Virus record (IMG/VR): IMGVR_UViG_3300005686_000008
Origin: a virus
Taxonomy: Duplodnaviria > Caudoviricetes
Strand: one strand, 5' to 3'
Length of the DNA stretch: 64,000 nucleotides
The position numbers and the translations under genes are program-made. Below the pieces are notes generated by a model. That model had not been told where the DNA came from and made no database searches. It was given only the letters and a program-made list of their open reading frames with translations. Every line of letters starts with the position of its first letter. Position 1 is the stretch's first letter. Below are positions 47,671-59,274 of this stretch, in pieces.

Positions 47671-50600
47671 ACTACAACCATTTAGCGCACCGCTTTCTGG
47701 TACAAAGGCTATTGCTTTTACTGTAAGCAATCTTGATTCTTCTAAGTCTTATAGAATAGAGATTGAAAATGCAACATTTAACAGGACTCTGAAGCCAAAC
47801 ACTCTAACTAATGGTTTTGTTTCTGGTAATCATGTTTATGTTGAGGGAACTGCTATTGTAAGCGGTAGAGTTGATTTGGGTTTGACAGAAGCAGATTCTG
47901 CAAGCGTAATATCTGTGTATGCTAACGTTGAAGAGAAGACAGATTCTGGCGTATGGAGACTTTCTGATATTGCTGCATTTTCATTTCAGATTGAAAGTTC
48001 TGTACCAAAGGGTACTGGCGACAAGATTTCTGTATATCCTCCGTTTGTTGGACTGCAAGAAAAAGCAACTATTAAAGTTCATTCTAAACCAAACTCAAGT
48101 TTAAGAGTTAGTGTAAATAGTAAAAACTTTGTTGTAAAGACAAACTATTCCGGTGAAGGTTCAATATCGTTTAGAGCCATTGATGTTATAAGCGGATCTT
48201 CTTTATCTTCAAAGACTCTTTTGAAGTTCCCGGTTTTGTATTCTATGCCAAATGATAAGAGCGGTCAAATATTTGATTCCGGTTCTTATGTTCATTTTGT
48301 TCCAGAAGAAATGAAAGCATTACAGGCGACGAGTGATCCGGCTGCTCCTGAATGCGCTATATTGGACCCCATTCCCGGCGAAGGATTGACTCTTAGGAAG
48401 CTTGATGATTTTTGCGTTGACGGCGCTGTTGTTGGCGATATGTCTATTTTTGATGAAGAATCAACTTTTCATAACTCTAAGGCAGGTTTTTGCTCTGATT
48501 TGAACGAGGTTTATCCTGTAAGCAACGAGGCTGTTTGTAGAATTTTCAATTCAACTTCTTCAGCCCTTCTTCATGATGGTTCAGGACTTGTTGTTTTTAG
48601 CTCGCAAGAGACGTTTGAAAACAGTCCTGATGTAATGCCTACTCTTTCTAGTAGGGTCTTTATTGCAAGTCTGCCAAGTTCTTTGAAGTATAAGGGGAAT
48701 CCGGTAAGAGACGGTTCGATATTGAATCCTCCAAGGTTCTATCACACAGTAACTCCAAGCAATATATCTGCAAATGAAAAGTATGGTATCATTTTTAGAG
48801 TAGATGATGGAACTGTTTTTGAGATACAATATACAACTATCCTTGGAACAGTTGCTGAAATAATATCAGCATTTGTCACTTTGGTTAATAACGATTTATC
48901 TGCTAGATCTTATAACATTAAGGCTGTTGATCAATCTACTTTTATAGAGTTGAAGTCAGATGATAGGTTTACTATCCGAACTGATGTGATTTCTGGCGAT
49001 GGAACTTTTGAGGCTGCGTTAAAGAGCAATAGAACTCTTGATGTTTTGGTTGATTCTTCTGCTATATATGACCAAGGTAATACTTTGGTGTTTTTGTCTC
49101 CGCAAGTTGGGTATCAGTCTCATGAAATAGTCAGTAGAGATTATGTCAATAATGTAATTAGAATAAATGTTCCCAATGGTTTTAACAATGATGTTGGTCC
49201 GAATATTTTTGAGACTATATACTGTCAAAAGTTTGTTGTTGTTGATTCAGATACAGAACTTCCATCTGCTAGTTTGACGGATGTAAATCCTCTTCCATAT
49301 GTTTATGATATTTACAATAGAGAGGTTAGTTGCGTATATCCAGTTGTGGCAGTAAGGAAAATAGAAGCAACAGGCGAAGAAATTGCATATGTAGTATGCC
49401 AGGCCCCTGTTGACGGTATTTATCAGTTGTTCTATTACTCTTTTAGAGTTGGTCAATCTATTGAGAATACTCAATGGAAACAGTTGACCCAAGTTGGCGA
49501 GAACAAAAACGCAAAGATAAAATGCGATAAAGACGGCAATCTACATATTGTGTGGGAATCTGACAGGTTAGGTCCAACTCAGTTGTATTATTCAATATTA
49601 GGGCAGTGTTCTAGAGCTATAACAAATCAGATAGCAATGTCTATTCTTGATAAGAATGCTTTGTCTGATGCCAATGTAGACCTTTATAGCATACAAACGC
49701 CCGGCTCTCCTATACAGACTGGTTTTACTAGAGTTCTTGGGAATAACGGAAAGGCTTCTGTATATAGTAGCACTTTTGTTGCTGTAACAGGAAATCCTTC
49801 TCAAGATACGGCAATGGCGTATACGACTATTTCTAAAGATGAATATGGAAACGATTTTCCAGCCGGTTTTTCTCAGTTGAGTTATCAAGTTTCATTTAGC
49901 CTATGGATGCCTAAGTTGGCTACGGGAATTCTTACTGATGAGGATATAGAGGAAAGATTCAATCAGTGGAAGAGTACCTTTACTCCGGTTGGTAATTATA
50001 CTTATTTGAGAAGTAAGAATGTATATACAATAGATAAGTATGAAAGATTCTATGAGAATAGCATTCCTATTTGCGGAGCTTTTAAGTTAGATTCACAAAA
50101 TATTGCAACGAAAGTCGGAGGAGATGTATACTCAGGAGTTGAGCATAATTATCCTCTCATATATGGAGAGTATACTCAATCTCCAACTCTTACTCATGAA
50201 TCTAACATTCGACATTGGATGCTTCTTTTGGTTCCAGAGAAGATAAGGTTTAGGGCCAAAAACACAGAAACATACTCTCAGTTTTGTCAAAGAAACAGTC
50301 AAGATGATGGCGATTGTTCTGGTTTCAATAACGAGATAGAGTATGAGATTGGAACCGGAAGATACAAGTTAGCACTTATTCTTTCAACAAGCGCAAATGA
50401 TTCTGACGAGAGATCTGCTTATAAAACTCATATTATATATAGGCTTTTAGATGGATATGTTGATTTTGCTGAGTTGAAAAATCTAAAGGTGGCTGTACAT
50501 TACTCGAAAATGGGTAGCGACCATATTGATAGCGTTCTTAAGAGAAGAAAAGAAACCACAGCAGAAAAAGACAAATACAGGTACAATGCAGATATAATTG

Positions 50601-53600
50601 TTTCCTATGGAAATGATATTGTCGCTGCAACTTCTTTCTTGGCTGATTTTACAGACCAATACAGGAAGTTTGACATTGTTCTTGGAATGCCTCCTGGAAA
50701 TGGATTTAAGATTAACGAAATAATCCCGTTCAAGGGCAATATGTATGAGAATGGAGATTTCTATCAAAAGTTTTATGATATCAATATAGGTCCGCATTCG
50801 ATAACTTTGAATTCTGATTATTTTGATTTCTCTAGTTTTGATAGAGATACATCTCAAATGGTTGTTCATGATATTGATAGAAACATTCTGTCCAATGGAG
50901 GTTTTGAGGATACCGTATTGCCTTATGCGGACCATACAAGACTTGAAGACGGTTATACCTCCATTGATGGATGGACTGTTTATAGAGGCGTTTCATATAG
51001 AAGAGTTTCATCTTATACTCCGCCAAGCACTGTTGGTCTTTCTCCTTCGATTGGAAGAAGTTGGGTTGAGGTAAACGGACAGCTAGTTGGTAATGTTGCA
51101 TATAAGGGAGCTATTTATACTAATGTTGCTACAGAGGTTGGAAAAACATATTGGGTTACGTTTGACTTGTCAAATAACCCAAATAACTACACTCAAGGAT
51201 CTGTTGTAACGAAGAGAGTAAGGGTTATAGCTGGTCCTACAACAAAATTGTTTACCACAACATTAGAAGCAACTGGCCCAACTCCTACAAACTGGAGAAC
51301 AGTATCGTTTAAGTTTGTTGCTAATTCAACATCTACTTTGCTAAGATTTGAAAATGCATCTAACTTCTTCAATGATCCAAAAGACTTCTCATCTGGTCCT
51401 CAAATAGACAACGTAGTGGTTGTTCCTGAAGAAAGTTTGAATGATGAGTTTTCCTCATTTACTACGGCAGAAAGCCTTCTTGTTGATCAACAAGAGTTTG
51501 ATTTGAATTATAGCCTAAATGCAACAGACAACTTTACTCAAATACCTATTACTGTTTCAGATACATATCAAAACAAGAATCCTGACTTGTTTATAGACAA
51601 GAAGAATAAGTTCCATGTTGTATGGCAATCCAATAGGGATGGATATTGGAATATATTCTATGGAGGAGCAAGGGTTAGGGGTGTTCCTTTTAGATTTGAT
51701 TCTCAAATAACGGATTCAGGAAGTAATAGTGTAAATCCATCTATTGCGGTGGATGGGTTTGGCAGAAGAGTTATTGTTTGGCAAGATGATAGAAATGGGA
51801 ATTCTAGTATATATTCTGCTGTTTCTAAGGTTGTTGATGATGAATTTTCGGATATGTGCAAACAAGATGAAATTGATGAGTTTATATACAGATGGAACTC
51901 TGCTATAGACCCATATTTTGATCCGTACACAGCAAATATAACACAATTGAACTGCGAGATTGGGTTTAGTTTTTCTGCGCCAAGTACAAATCCATTCCAC
52001 TTTAGCCTCTGGTTGTATGAGGACAAGGAATATACAACTCTATACAAGAAGATTTCTTCAAGCGAAAGCATAGGCGGTTGGCGAGTTGATAATGTTCAGT
52101 TGGCATATAATGGCCTTTCCGCAGTTGAAGATACCGTTTATCAAGTAACATATACTCCTTCTTATGAAGATGATATAAGCGGAAGAGTCTTATATGTTAT
52201 TGTTGAATACGAGATAAGCTCAACTATAGTTGATATTGTAAATTCTTCTAATGTAAGAACTATTTTTGCTTATGACGGATTGAATCTAAAATCTAATAGG
52301 TTTGAAAATACAGAAAATGTTACTGCAATTTTTGAATCTGAAATGAGATCTCCTATTGCTGTAGACCCTCAAGATCTTAGTGATATAAACTATCAGCTAT
52401 TTAGCGGCGTAAGTTTTGAATATCCTCTTACGGAATTGCCTGGAGTTGAAGTTGATCAAAAGATAAGAAGCGTATTGCTTCATTATGATCCAGCCGGAGC
52501 CTCTGGTAATGTAAACGCTGTGGTTAGATTCAATTCGCCTATACTGGCTGTTTTCGTTAGCAGTTCTAAGTTGATTGCAACTAATACTGTATTTGGTCAT
52601 TCCGGTGTTACATATCATACAACGGATTCCACCGCCGGAATAGAAAATCTTGATACTCTCGTTATTTCTGCTGATAGAAAAACTATTACAATGGATTTTG
52701 ATGTAAATCCTGCAATGGATGAAATCAGGGTTATATTGTTAGATGATTCTGCATCTGTTGGTGAAAGCAATTTCGTTTATTATTGCCCATCAAAACAATC
52801 TGCAAGATGCGATGTTCGTTGTTCGTTCTCTAATAACTCTATTGTTGATAAGACTGTTCATTTTAGAGTCAGTTTCTATTCTAATCCTGAAAAAACAGAT
52901 TTGATTATGTCTTCGTTTACTCAAACTGATACGCTTAACTGGTTCTTCTCTTCATCTGATTTCCCGCCAGAAGGTCTCACTGTTCAGCCGGGACAGTCAA
53001 TAGGCGTTGTGTATTCTCCTGAAATATTGCCATTTGAAATGAGAGAAGCGCAGACGGTTACTGATTATTCTGAAACTCTATTTAGACAGCCTCTTATATG
53101 CGGAGTTCCTTATAGGGTCGTTGTTGAGAGCTATAGAGATGGTTCATTCTATGTTGAATCCGAGTTTGAACTCCTTTGCCCTTGCGCTAGAACGGATGCG
53201 GATTTGTGGAGTAGAGATAAGGATCTTGATAACTGGGTATCTAGCGGTCGTGGATTTGATGATATTAGAGTTACGATTACCGACCATGAATGTTTGTTCC
53301 CGAAGGTTGTTGTGTCTGAAAATGATCTATTCTATGTTATTTGGCAAGACTTTAGGTATTCTAGGATATTAGAAAACCAACAGTTTGTTTCACCAGATTA
53401 TTTCATGGCATTATATGATGCTAATGCTGATAAATTTGTATGTTCTGGTCAGGGCGAATATGATAGAAGATTGACAAGTTTTGCAAATAATGGAAAAGTT
53501 CTTTATGATGCATCTATTTTCTTAGATCCGTTCCAGAATATTAATCTAGTATTACATGATGGACAGAAGGTTTATTCTCAAATATGTAGTCTTGGTTGCG

Positions 53601-54883
53601 TATATGAAGCAAAGAACAGGGATCTTATTCTTCCATGTATGTTTACGGATGAAACAGACCCTTCATTCTTCGTCGTTGGCGGATCTCCTGATAGAGCTGT
53701 TGATCAATATCAAAAGATTAGAATTAGGCCATCAAGTATATCGTATTCAACATATCTTGATTTGCAAACTCCAATTCCTGTTATAACGGATTGCTTTATC
53801 GAGTTGGATATCATTGGAATTCCTGGTGCTTATGCCTATAGACTTAAGAATGAGACAGATGAAGACTGGACAGAATGGTTGCCTATTGGACCGGATTTGC
53901 CAGCTCAAACTCAAACAGATACAGATGGAACTAAGAGCGAAAGAGATTTCTTTAGAGCGTATTTCACGCAAAAGGATAGGTTTGTAGCTCCTTGGGTTAC
54001 TTCTCCAGAAAATGGAGTGAAGAAGGTTTGCTGCGAAGTTCTAACGTTCTTTGGAAAATCAGAATCATTCTGCGTAGATTTCATGGCAATCTATAATTCG
54101 CTTGAGTATAAGATAGACTTATTCTTTGATGAAGAGCTTACTCAGCCAGTTCCTCTATATAAGAGCTATCCGGTTGTTAGCGCGAATAAAACAACAACAT
54201 ACATAGATGATACTAATTTGACTTCTATACAAGAAGAAACATCTAGTGTTTCAACGATATGGGCCAAGATAGAGTTCAGAGATAAGAAGAAACTTTCTGT
54301 TTTGGAGCAACTAAGAGCGATTGATAGGTTTGGATTGTCTAGTAATATAACTATGAATGTATATCAACAGGGAATAAATGACCAGATTGGAATTGTTGTA
54401 ACAAAGGTAAGCGAAGGAATATACAAGGGTTCATTCTCAGTGCTTGAGGATGATGGAGTCATAAATATTGATGGTCTTGGCATAATAACAGTAGATGTTC
54501 CCGGACAATGCAATCCTGAAACTTTCTCCGAGTTATCAACAAGGGCTACAATGATGGAATCTAATAACAGTATTGATCAAAAGATATCTATATTCAACAA
54601 TTTTACAGTATTTAGAGAGAAATATAACGAAAGTGATATGAAGGGTTCTTTTGGTAATCCTGACTATTACAAGATAAGAACTTTTGGGGCCTCTCCTGTA
54701 TCTTCTGGTTCATGGGTTGGAGGGGGAAATGGCCCAATAAAAGGCGATATAGGTTATGAGCCTTCAAATGGTTCTGGTAACGGCGAAATCGGCGGCGGTT
54801 CTGGTGGTTCCGGAAATGGAGGAGGCAGCGATAGCGGTAGTAATGGAGGTTCTAATGGCAGCGGTAGTAATACTAATGGCTAA
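47654..54883 (+). CDS. Giant virion/tail protein with propeller repeats and a DUF642-like carbohydrate-binding domain
   Basis: About 2400 aa; repeated IVWESDR/VVWQSNRDG/IVWQDDRNG; NILSNGGFE..GPQIDNV; G/S/N-rich tail; start uncertain (GTG 47654 likely). Confidence 0.65.
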   Translation: MSAKLKLQPFSAPLSGTKAIAFTVSNLDSSKSYRIEIENATFNRTLKPNTLTNGFVSGNHVYVEGTAIVSGRVDLGLTEADSASVISVYANVEEKTDSGVWRLSDIAAFSFQIESSVPKGTGDKISVYPPFVGLQEKATIKVHSKPNSSLRVSVNSKNFVVKTNYSGEGSISFRAIDVISGSSLSSKTLLKFPVLYSMPNDKSGQIFDSGSYVHFVPEEMKALQATSDPAAPECAILDPIPGEGLTLRKLDDFCVDGAVVGDMSIFDEESTFHNSKAGFCSDLNEVYPVSNEAVCRIFNSTSSALLHDGSGLVVFSSQETFENSPDVMPTLSSRVFIASLPSSLKYKGNPVRDGSILNPPRFYHTVTPSNISANEKYGIIFRVDDGTVFEIQYTTILGTVAEIISAFVTLVNNDLSARSYNIKAVDQSTFIELKSDDRFTIRTDVISGDGTFEAALKSNRTLDVLVDSSAIYDQGNTLVFLSPQVGYQSHEIVSRDYVNNVIRINVPNGFNNDVGPNIFETIYCQKFVVVDSDTELPSASLTDVNPLPYVYDIYNREVSCVYPVVAVRKIEATGEEIAYVVCQAPVDGIYQLFYYSFRVGQSIENTQWKQLTQVGENKNAKIKCDKDGNLHIVWESDRLGPTQLYYSILGQCSRAITNQIAMSILDKNALSDANVDLYSIQTPGSPIQTGFTRVLGNNGKASVYSSTFVAVTGNPSQDTAMAYTTISKDEYGNDFPAGFSQLSYQVSFSLWMPKLATGILTDEDIEERFNQWKSTFTPVGNYTYLRSKNVYTIDKYERFYENSIPICGAFKLDSQNIATKVGGDVYSGVEHNYPLIYGEYTQSPTLTHESNIRHWMLLLVPEKIRFRAKNTETYSQFCQRNSQDDGDCSGFNNEIEYEIGTGRYKLALILSTSANDSDERSAYKTHIIYRLLDGYVDFAELKNLKVAVHYSKMGSDHIDSVLKRRKETTAEKDKYRYNADIIVSYGNDIVAATSFLADFTDQYRKFDIVLGMPPGNGFKINEIIPFKGNMYENGDFYQKFYDINIGPHSITLNSDYFDFSSFDRDTSQMVVHDIDRNILSNGGFEDTVLPYADHTRLEDGYTSIDGWTVYRGVSYRRVSSYTPPSTVGLSPSIGRSWVEVNGQLVGNVAYKGAIYTNVATEVGKTYWVTFDLSNNPNNYTQGSVVTKRVRVIAGPTTKLFTTTLEATGPTPTNWRTVSFKFVANSTSTLLRFENASNFFNDPKDFSSGPQIDNVVVVPEESLNDEFSSFTTAESLLVDQQEFDLNYSLNATDNFTQIPITVSDTYQNKNPDLFIDKKNKFHVVWQSNRDGYWNIFYGGARVRGVPFRFDSQITDSGSNSVNPSIAVDGFGRRVIVWQDDRNGNSSIYSAVSKVVDDEFSDMCKQDEIDEFIYRWNSAIDPYFDPYTANITQLNCEIGFSFSAPSTNPFHFSLWLYEDKEYTTLYKKISSSESIGGWRVDNVQLAYNGLSAVEDTVYQVTYTPSYEDDISGRVLYVIVEYEISSTIVDIVNSSNVRTIFAYDGLNLKSNRFENTENVTAIFESEMRSPIAVDPQDLSDINYQLFSGVSFEYPLTELPGVEVDQKIRSVLLHYDPAGASGNVNAVVRFNSPILAVFVSSSKLIATNTVFGHSGVTYHTTDSTAGIENLDTLVISADRKTITMDFDVNPAMDEIRVILLDDSASVGESNFVYYCPSKQSARCDVRCSFSNNSIVDKTVHFRVSFYSNPEKTDLIMSSFTQTDTLNWFFSSSDFPPEGLTVQPGQSIGVVYSPEILPFEMREAQTVTDYSETLFRQPLICGVPYRVVVESYRDGSFYVESEFELLCPCARTDADLWSRDKDLDNWVSSGRGFDDIRVTITDHECLFPKVVVSENDLFYVIWQDFRYSRILENQQFVSPDYFMALYDANADKFVCSGQGEYDRRLTSFANNGKVLYDASIFLDPFQNINLVLHDGQKVYSQICSLGCVYEAKNRDLILPCMFTDETDPSFFVVGGSPDRAVDQYQKIRIRPSSISYSTYLDLQTPIPVITDCFIELDIIGIPGAYAYRLKNETDEDWTEWLPIGPDLPAQTQTDTDGTKSERDFFRAYFTQKDRFVAPWVTSPENGVKKVCCEVLTFFGKSESFCVDFMAIYNSLEYKIDLFFDEELTQPVPLYKSYPVVSANKTTTYIDDTNLTSIQEETSSVSTIWAKIEFRDKKKLSVLEQLRAIDRFGLSSNITMNVYQQGINDQIGIVVTKVSEGIYKGSFSVLEDDGVINIDGLGIITVDVPGQCNPETFSELSTRATMMESNNSIDQKISIFNNFTVFREKYNESDMKGSFGNPDYYKIRTFGASPVSSGSWVGGGNGPIKGDIGYEPSNGSGNGEIGGGSGGSGNGGGSDSGSNGGSNGSGSNTNG

Positions 54884-54913
54884 GTTTTGCTTGAATAGCA
54901 TAGGATAATAATC

Positions 54914-56002
54914 ATGGCGAATCTGATAATAAGATATGGCAGTTCAAGCGAAGGGCAAATGCTAACAGATGGGCAGTCTATGTCTATTGGTTCGTTTGTT
55001 AAGGATACAGTCTTTACTTTATATCTTTTTCTAACAACCGACAGCCAAGATACCGTATATATAGCATCTGATTCTATAACTGTTGGTCAAGATGGATCTT
55101 TCAAGCAAGCATGGGAGGCTGATCCTAGCGGAGACTCTGATGGATGGGTGCTAAGCGATATTGTAAAACCGCTTCCTGTTAGTATATTTTCAGGAAAGCC
55201 AATGTTTATAAGTATTGATGTTGATACATCATCTACTGGCAATAAGTCTATAAGTTTTCAAAGCATTACTGATGCTTCTGACCCGAAGTTTCTCTATACT
55301 TTCTATTTTACAGTAACAGAACCATCAACACAAAATCCTCAAATAAATGTCATTTACGATGGAAATTCTGTTTCGCAAGAAGGTACTGTATCTCTCGGAA
55401 GATTTGCCCAAGAATCGGTAAGTAGCGTAAATTTTGAGATATTCAACTACGCAATCCCGTCTCTTGTTATACCTCAAGATGGAATAAGTATTACTTCAAT
55501 TGGGTCTAGTGAAACGGTTACTTCTAATCCTTCATCTTCTGGTGAAGTCAGTTTGAGTTTCAATCAGAACTGTACTCTTACTGTAGAATTAGATACGCTA
55601 GAAACTGGTGATAAATCTTTTGTGGTAGTAATTTCATCTAATGATCCAGATGAAAATCCTTTCATATTTACAGTAACATATTCTGTTTCTCTACCGTTTG
55701 AATTAATCGTTTCTCAGGGAGATACAGACCTTGATGATGGATCTACATTAAATCTTGGTTCATATAATGAAAGAACTACCATTAACAAGGTTATAACTCT
55801 TGAGAATAATGGAATATCATACGGGATAAGGGTTACAAACATATTGGTAGGAGGAGAGGTTTCTCTCGTTAATCTTCCTTCTTTACCATTTGTTCTTCAG
55901 CCAAATAATAGTAATTCAGTTCAGTTTACGCTTAGGTTTGCTTCTTCAAGTTTGGGCAGAAAAACCGGAGATCTTAGCATACAATGGGAAGTTGAGGCGT
56001 AA
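54914..56002 (+). CDS. Ig-like (ASH/choice-of-anchor D-like) repeat protein
   Basis: Three beta-sandwich repeats; VVISSNDPDENPF. Confidence 0.65.
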   Translation: MANLIIRYGSSSEGQMLTDGQSMSIGSFVKDTVFTLYLFLTTDSQDTVYIASDSITVGQDGSFKQAWEADPSGDSDGWVLSDIVKPLPVSIFSGKPMFISIDVDTSSTGNKSISFQSITDASDPKFLYTFYFTVTEPSTQNPQINVIYDGNSVSQEGTVSLGRFAQESVSSVNFEIFNYAIPSLVIPQDGISITSIGSSETVTSNPSSSGEVSLSFNQNCTLTVELDTLETGDKSFVVVISSNDPDENPFIFTVTYSVSLPFELIVSQGDTDLDDGSTLNLGSYNERTTINKVITLENNGISYGIRVTNILVGGEVSLVNLPSLPFVLQPNNSNSVQFTLRFASSSLGRKTGDLSIQWEVEA

Positions 56003-56007
56003 TACAT

Positions 56008-57690
56008 ATGGCTACCAATTATTATGAATATTCTACAGCGTATTATGAACACACAATCGCTGATGGAGATGACGGAGAAAGCTGGGGTAGTCTTGCTAAT
56101 GCGCTTGGTGAAAATGTAACTCTTGCTGCATACGCTAGCTCTAGTAACAGTAAGCCATCATTCAGTACGCATAGTGTTGATTTTACATTTTCGTATTTAG
56201 ACATTGCTACTCATTTGGATAGCAATGCAACGACTGCTGTTTTGAAGTTCATTGTAAGATATGAAATTAGTAGAAGCGACTCTAATGCTGATGTTTTTTG
56301 TTCTATTTTCCCATCTACAACAAAAGGCGATCTTTCATTTCAAACTAAAAATGGGGTTGCCAGTCTCTCTAATGGAAACTTGGATTCGGTTCAGACGGCT
56401 GAAATTTCATGTTTCATGAGTAATATACCATCCAATGACACATTGGCTGGTAGCGAGTTTGGATTTAGCTTTTTCTTTGAATGCTCTAATGCAAGCGAAA
56501 TAAATGTTGAAGTTAGAATATATGATGTTCAAATACAGATACTATCTGGAACAGGAACGTCATATACATTAATGGCAAAAGAGCAGAATGGTATTCTTAC
56601 TGAGTTTTATGAAAATGGGGATACTTTTTACTTGCCATTCATAAGTGAAAATCAAATTGGTTCATTTCAAATAAGTATAGTTAATGCCGGAACTGAACCA
56701 TTATTGATTCCATTAGGGTCTATTTCTGCTGATACAAATGGGTTAAGTTTGCTTTCTTATCCATATCCTGACACTGATATTTCTCTGGATTTTGAAAAGT
56801 CTGTTAATATTCAAGGAACATATTCCAGAAATAAAGCTGGAAGTTTTGCATCGCAGTTGTTTTTGAATAGCATAACTGATGATGCTTTATCTGCATTTTC
56901 TGCATTTGCTGCCTTTACAGTAGAAACATTTTCTCAGATAAGCGATGATGTTAATCTAATTCCTGCTGGTCCAGATATTGAAGGAGGGGATCAGACTCCA
57001 ATTCCGTCTTTACCGTCCTTCATGGTTGTGTCTTATAATTCGAATTCTATAGCAAATAACAATACTTTGTCACTGTCTTCTTTCCCTGTTGATGTTCAGA
57101 GAATCGTGTCTGTAAATGTTTCAAATTTACTTATTGAACTAGATATGGTTCAAAACTCTATTACGATTTCAAATATTACAATAAGAGGGGATGGTAATAT
57201 AGGTTCAAATTCAATGGGAGCAGGAACCGTATTGATTGCTGGTCAGTCTTCCGTTATTAATCTTGTTTTGTCAACATCTTCTATTGGTAATAAAGAGGTT
57301 TTTGTTGATATTTATTCTAATGCACAAAATGCTCCTTTGTTTAGTTTTTCTCTTACTTATGCAATATTGGAGCAGTATTCTATAGAGTTCAAATCTGATG
57401 GAGTTGTTCTTGAGGATAGTCAAGAGAATGATTTGGGAGTTGTTGATAGAAGCAGAGAGATAATAAAGAATTTTACATTACAGAATTCTGGAATATATAA
57501 AACAATAATTGTAAACTCTATATCAGTAACGCATGAAGAGATGACTTTGATTGGGGTTCCATCCTTGCCTGTTACTTTGTTACCAAATAATGCAAACTCT
57601 ATTTCATTTAGTATGTCTCTTAGTACGGATGTTGTTGGTTTGAAGGAAGGAAACGTTGTTATTGATTATTCTGAGGGAACAACTGTATAA
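56008..57690 (+). CDS. Ig-like repeat protein, paralogous C-terminus to 54914
   Basis: NAGTEPL; LIGVPSLPVTLLPNNANSISF versus LVNLPSLPFVLQPNNSNSVQF. Confidence 0.65.
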   Translation: MATNYYEYSTAYYEHTIADGDDGESWGSLANALGENVTLAAYASSSNSKPSFSTHSVDFTFSYLDIATHLDSNATTAVLKFIVRYEISRSDSNADVFCSIFPSTTKGDLSFQTKNGVASLSNGNLDSVQTAEISCFMSNIPSNDTLAGSEFGFSFFFECSNASEINVEVRIYDVQIQILSGTGTSYTLMAKEQNGILTEFYENGDTFYLPFISENQIGSFQISIVNAGTEPLLIPLGSISADTNGLSLLSYPYPDTDISLDFEKSVNIQGTYSRNKAGSFASQLFLNSITDDALSAFSAFAAFTVETFSQISDDVNLIPAGPDIEGGDQTPIPSLPSFMVVSYNSNSIANNNTLSLSSFPVDVQRIVSVNVSNLLIELDMVQNSITISNITIRGDGNIGSNSMGAGTVLIAGQSSVINLVLSTSSIGNKEVFVDIYSNAQNAPLFSFSLTYAILEQYSIEFKSDGVVLEDSQENDLGVVDRSREIIKNFTLQNSGIYKTIIVNSISVTHEEMTLIGVPSLPVTLLPNNANSISFSMSLSTDVVGLKEGNVVIDYSEGTTV

Positions 57691-57699
57691 TATTGGAGA

Positions 57700-59274
57700 T
57701 TGACATTGGCTATTCTATCTGTTCTATATAAATGGTCGGTTCCAGATACATTCGATATCAATTTCGAATGGAGAATTGTCTCTCCGGCTGCTCCTACGCA
57801 AATTCCTACGCTTCTTACTTCTGGTCCGCAAAATGCAATTAATAGACCAACTCTTGTTTATCCGAATGGCGGAGAAGATATTCTTTCTAGAGAGGTGGAA
57901 GTTCTTTGGAAGGAACCAGTTCCTGCGTCTACAGACAGTCTTGATGTATGGTATGAGATTTACTTTACTGAAAACTATGATTACATGACAGAGCCAGATT
58001 GGAAGATGATTGCTTCCGTTCCAACTGGTATCGGGAAGTATTTATGGAAGATTGGTAATAGCATAAAGAGCAGTAACGTAAGAGTTGGTATTCGAGCAGT
58101 AAACGGAAGGGGAGAAAGAAGCGAGATATCTGTATCTGCTGCATCTTTCTCTATTAGAAAGTCACTACCGATTGCTCCATCCGTTTTGTCTCCAATGCCA
58201 AACTCTCGTTATGGAACAAGTGTCAAGTTTGTATTTGATGATTCTTCTGTTATAAATAGCTTTTCGCAAAGAGCAAAGTATTACATTTACTTTAGTTCAT
58301 CAAAAGCAAGCATTCCATTTACTCCTGTTGCGCAAAAAATACCAGTAGGTTCTGGCCCTATAATATGGGATACATCTTTGCTTCCTCCATCAGATGATTA
58401 TGTTATAACGGTATATCTTGCTGACGATGATGGGAACAAATCGCAAGAAGTCAATATTAGAAACGTTTCAATCATACAAGAGGGCTTTTTCCTTGTAGAT
58501 ACAAAGCCTCCTACTGGATATATACAGATAAACGATGCAGATCAGTTTACAAAGAAGCTAGACGTATCTATAAAGATGTACTCTTATGATGAGACAACAG
58601 ACGTTCATGCTATGCAGTTTATTGAAGAAGCGACTCCTGATGAAATCATTGGACCTCCAGAATCATTTGCAAATGTAAAGTATTGGACATTGAGCGATAG
58701 CGATGGAGAGAAGGTTGTAAAAGCCAAGTTCCAAGATTACGGCGGAAATAGAACTGGTTCTGAAGAGAGAACGTTTAGAACTCTTTTTGATATAGAAAAC
58801 AATGATATTGCTGATATAGTTGTACAAGAATCTACCGGAGATGTTTGGCTTGCTAAGAATGGAAGCCAGCCATCGTTGTACAAGTTTTCTCCCGGTAGTT
58901 CTTTTATAACTTATGTAAATGAAGAGATAAACTGTTTAGCAATCTTTGGGGATATCCCGTATGTATCAGTAAAGACTTCTGATAGTACGGCTTTGGTTTA
59001 TAGATGGACAGGTTTTGTTTTGGAAGAAATCATAAGTTTGGATTTGATTGATTCAGAAATCATTGCCATGTATCATTTTGATAATAAGCTTTTTATGGGA
59101 TGCAAGAATGGAAATCTATACAGTTATGATGGAGCTACGATTAGTCTTGTAAAGACTTTCTCTTCGCAGATTGGAAGGCTATATTCCGATAATTCATTGT
59201 TGTACATAATATTGAGAAACTCGAAAATGATACAAATATATGACGGTCAAACGTTTTTGGAGATTAGCGTATGA
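57700..59274 (+). CDS. Virion protein with FN3/Ig-like domains and C-terminal propeller
   Basis: YPNGGE, DTKPPTGYIQIN, DGEKVVKAKFQDYGGN; TTG start after GGAG. Confidence 0.6.
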   Translation: MTLAILSVLYKWSVPDTFDINFEWRIVSPAAPTQIPTLLTSGPQNAINRPTLVYPNGGEDILSREVEVLWKEPVPASTDSLDVWYEIYFTENYDYMTEPDWKMIASVPTGIGKYLWKIGNSIKSSNVRVGIRAVNGRGERSEISVSAASFSIRKSLPIAPSVLSPMPNSRYGTSVKFVFDDSSVINSFSQRAKYYIYFSSSKASIPFTPVAQKIPVGSGPIIWDTSLLPPSDDYVITVYLADDDGNKSQEVNIRNVSIIQEGFFLVDTKPPTGYIQINDADQFTKKLDVSIKMYSYDETTDVHAMQFIEEATPDEIIGPPESFANVKYWTLSDSDGEKVVKAKFQDYGGNRTGSEERTFRTLFDIENNDIADIVVQESTGDVWLAKNGSQPSLYKFSPGSSFITYVNEEINCLAIFGDIPYVSVKTSDSTALVYRWTGFVLEEIISLDLIDSEIIAMYHFDNKLFMGCKNGNLYSYDGATISLVKTFSSQIGRLYSDNSLLYIILRNSKMIQIYDGQTFLEISV

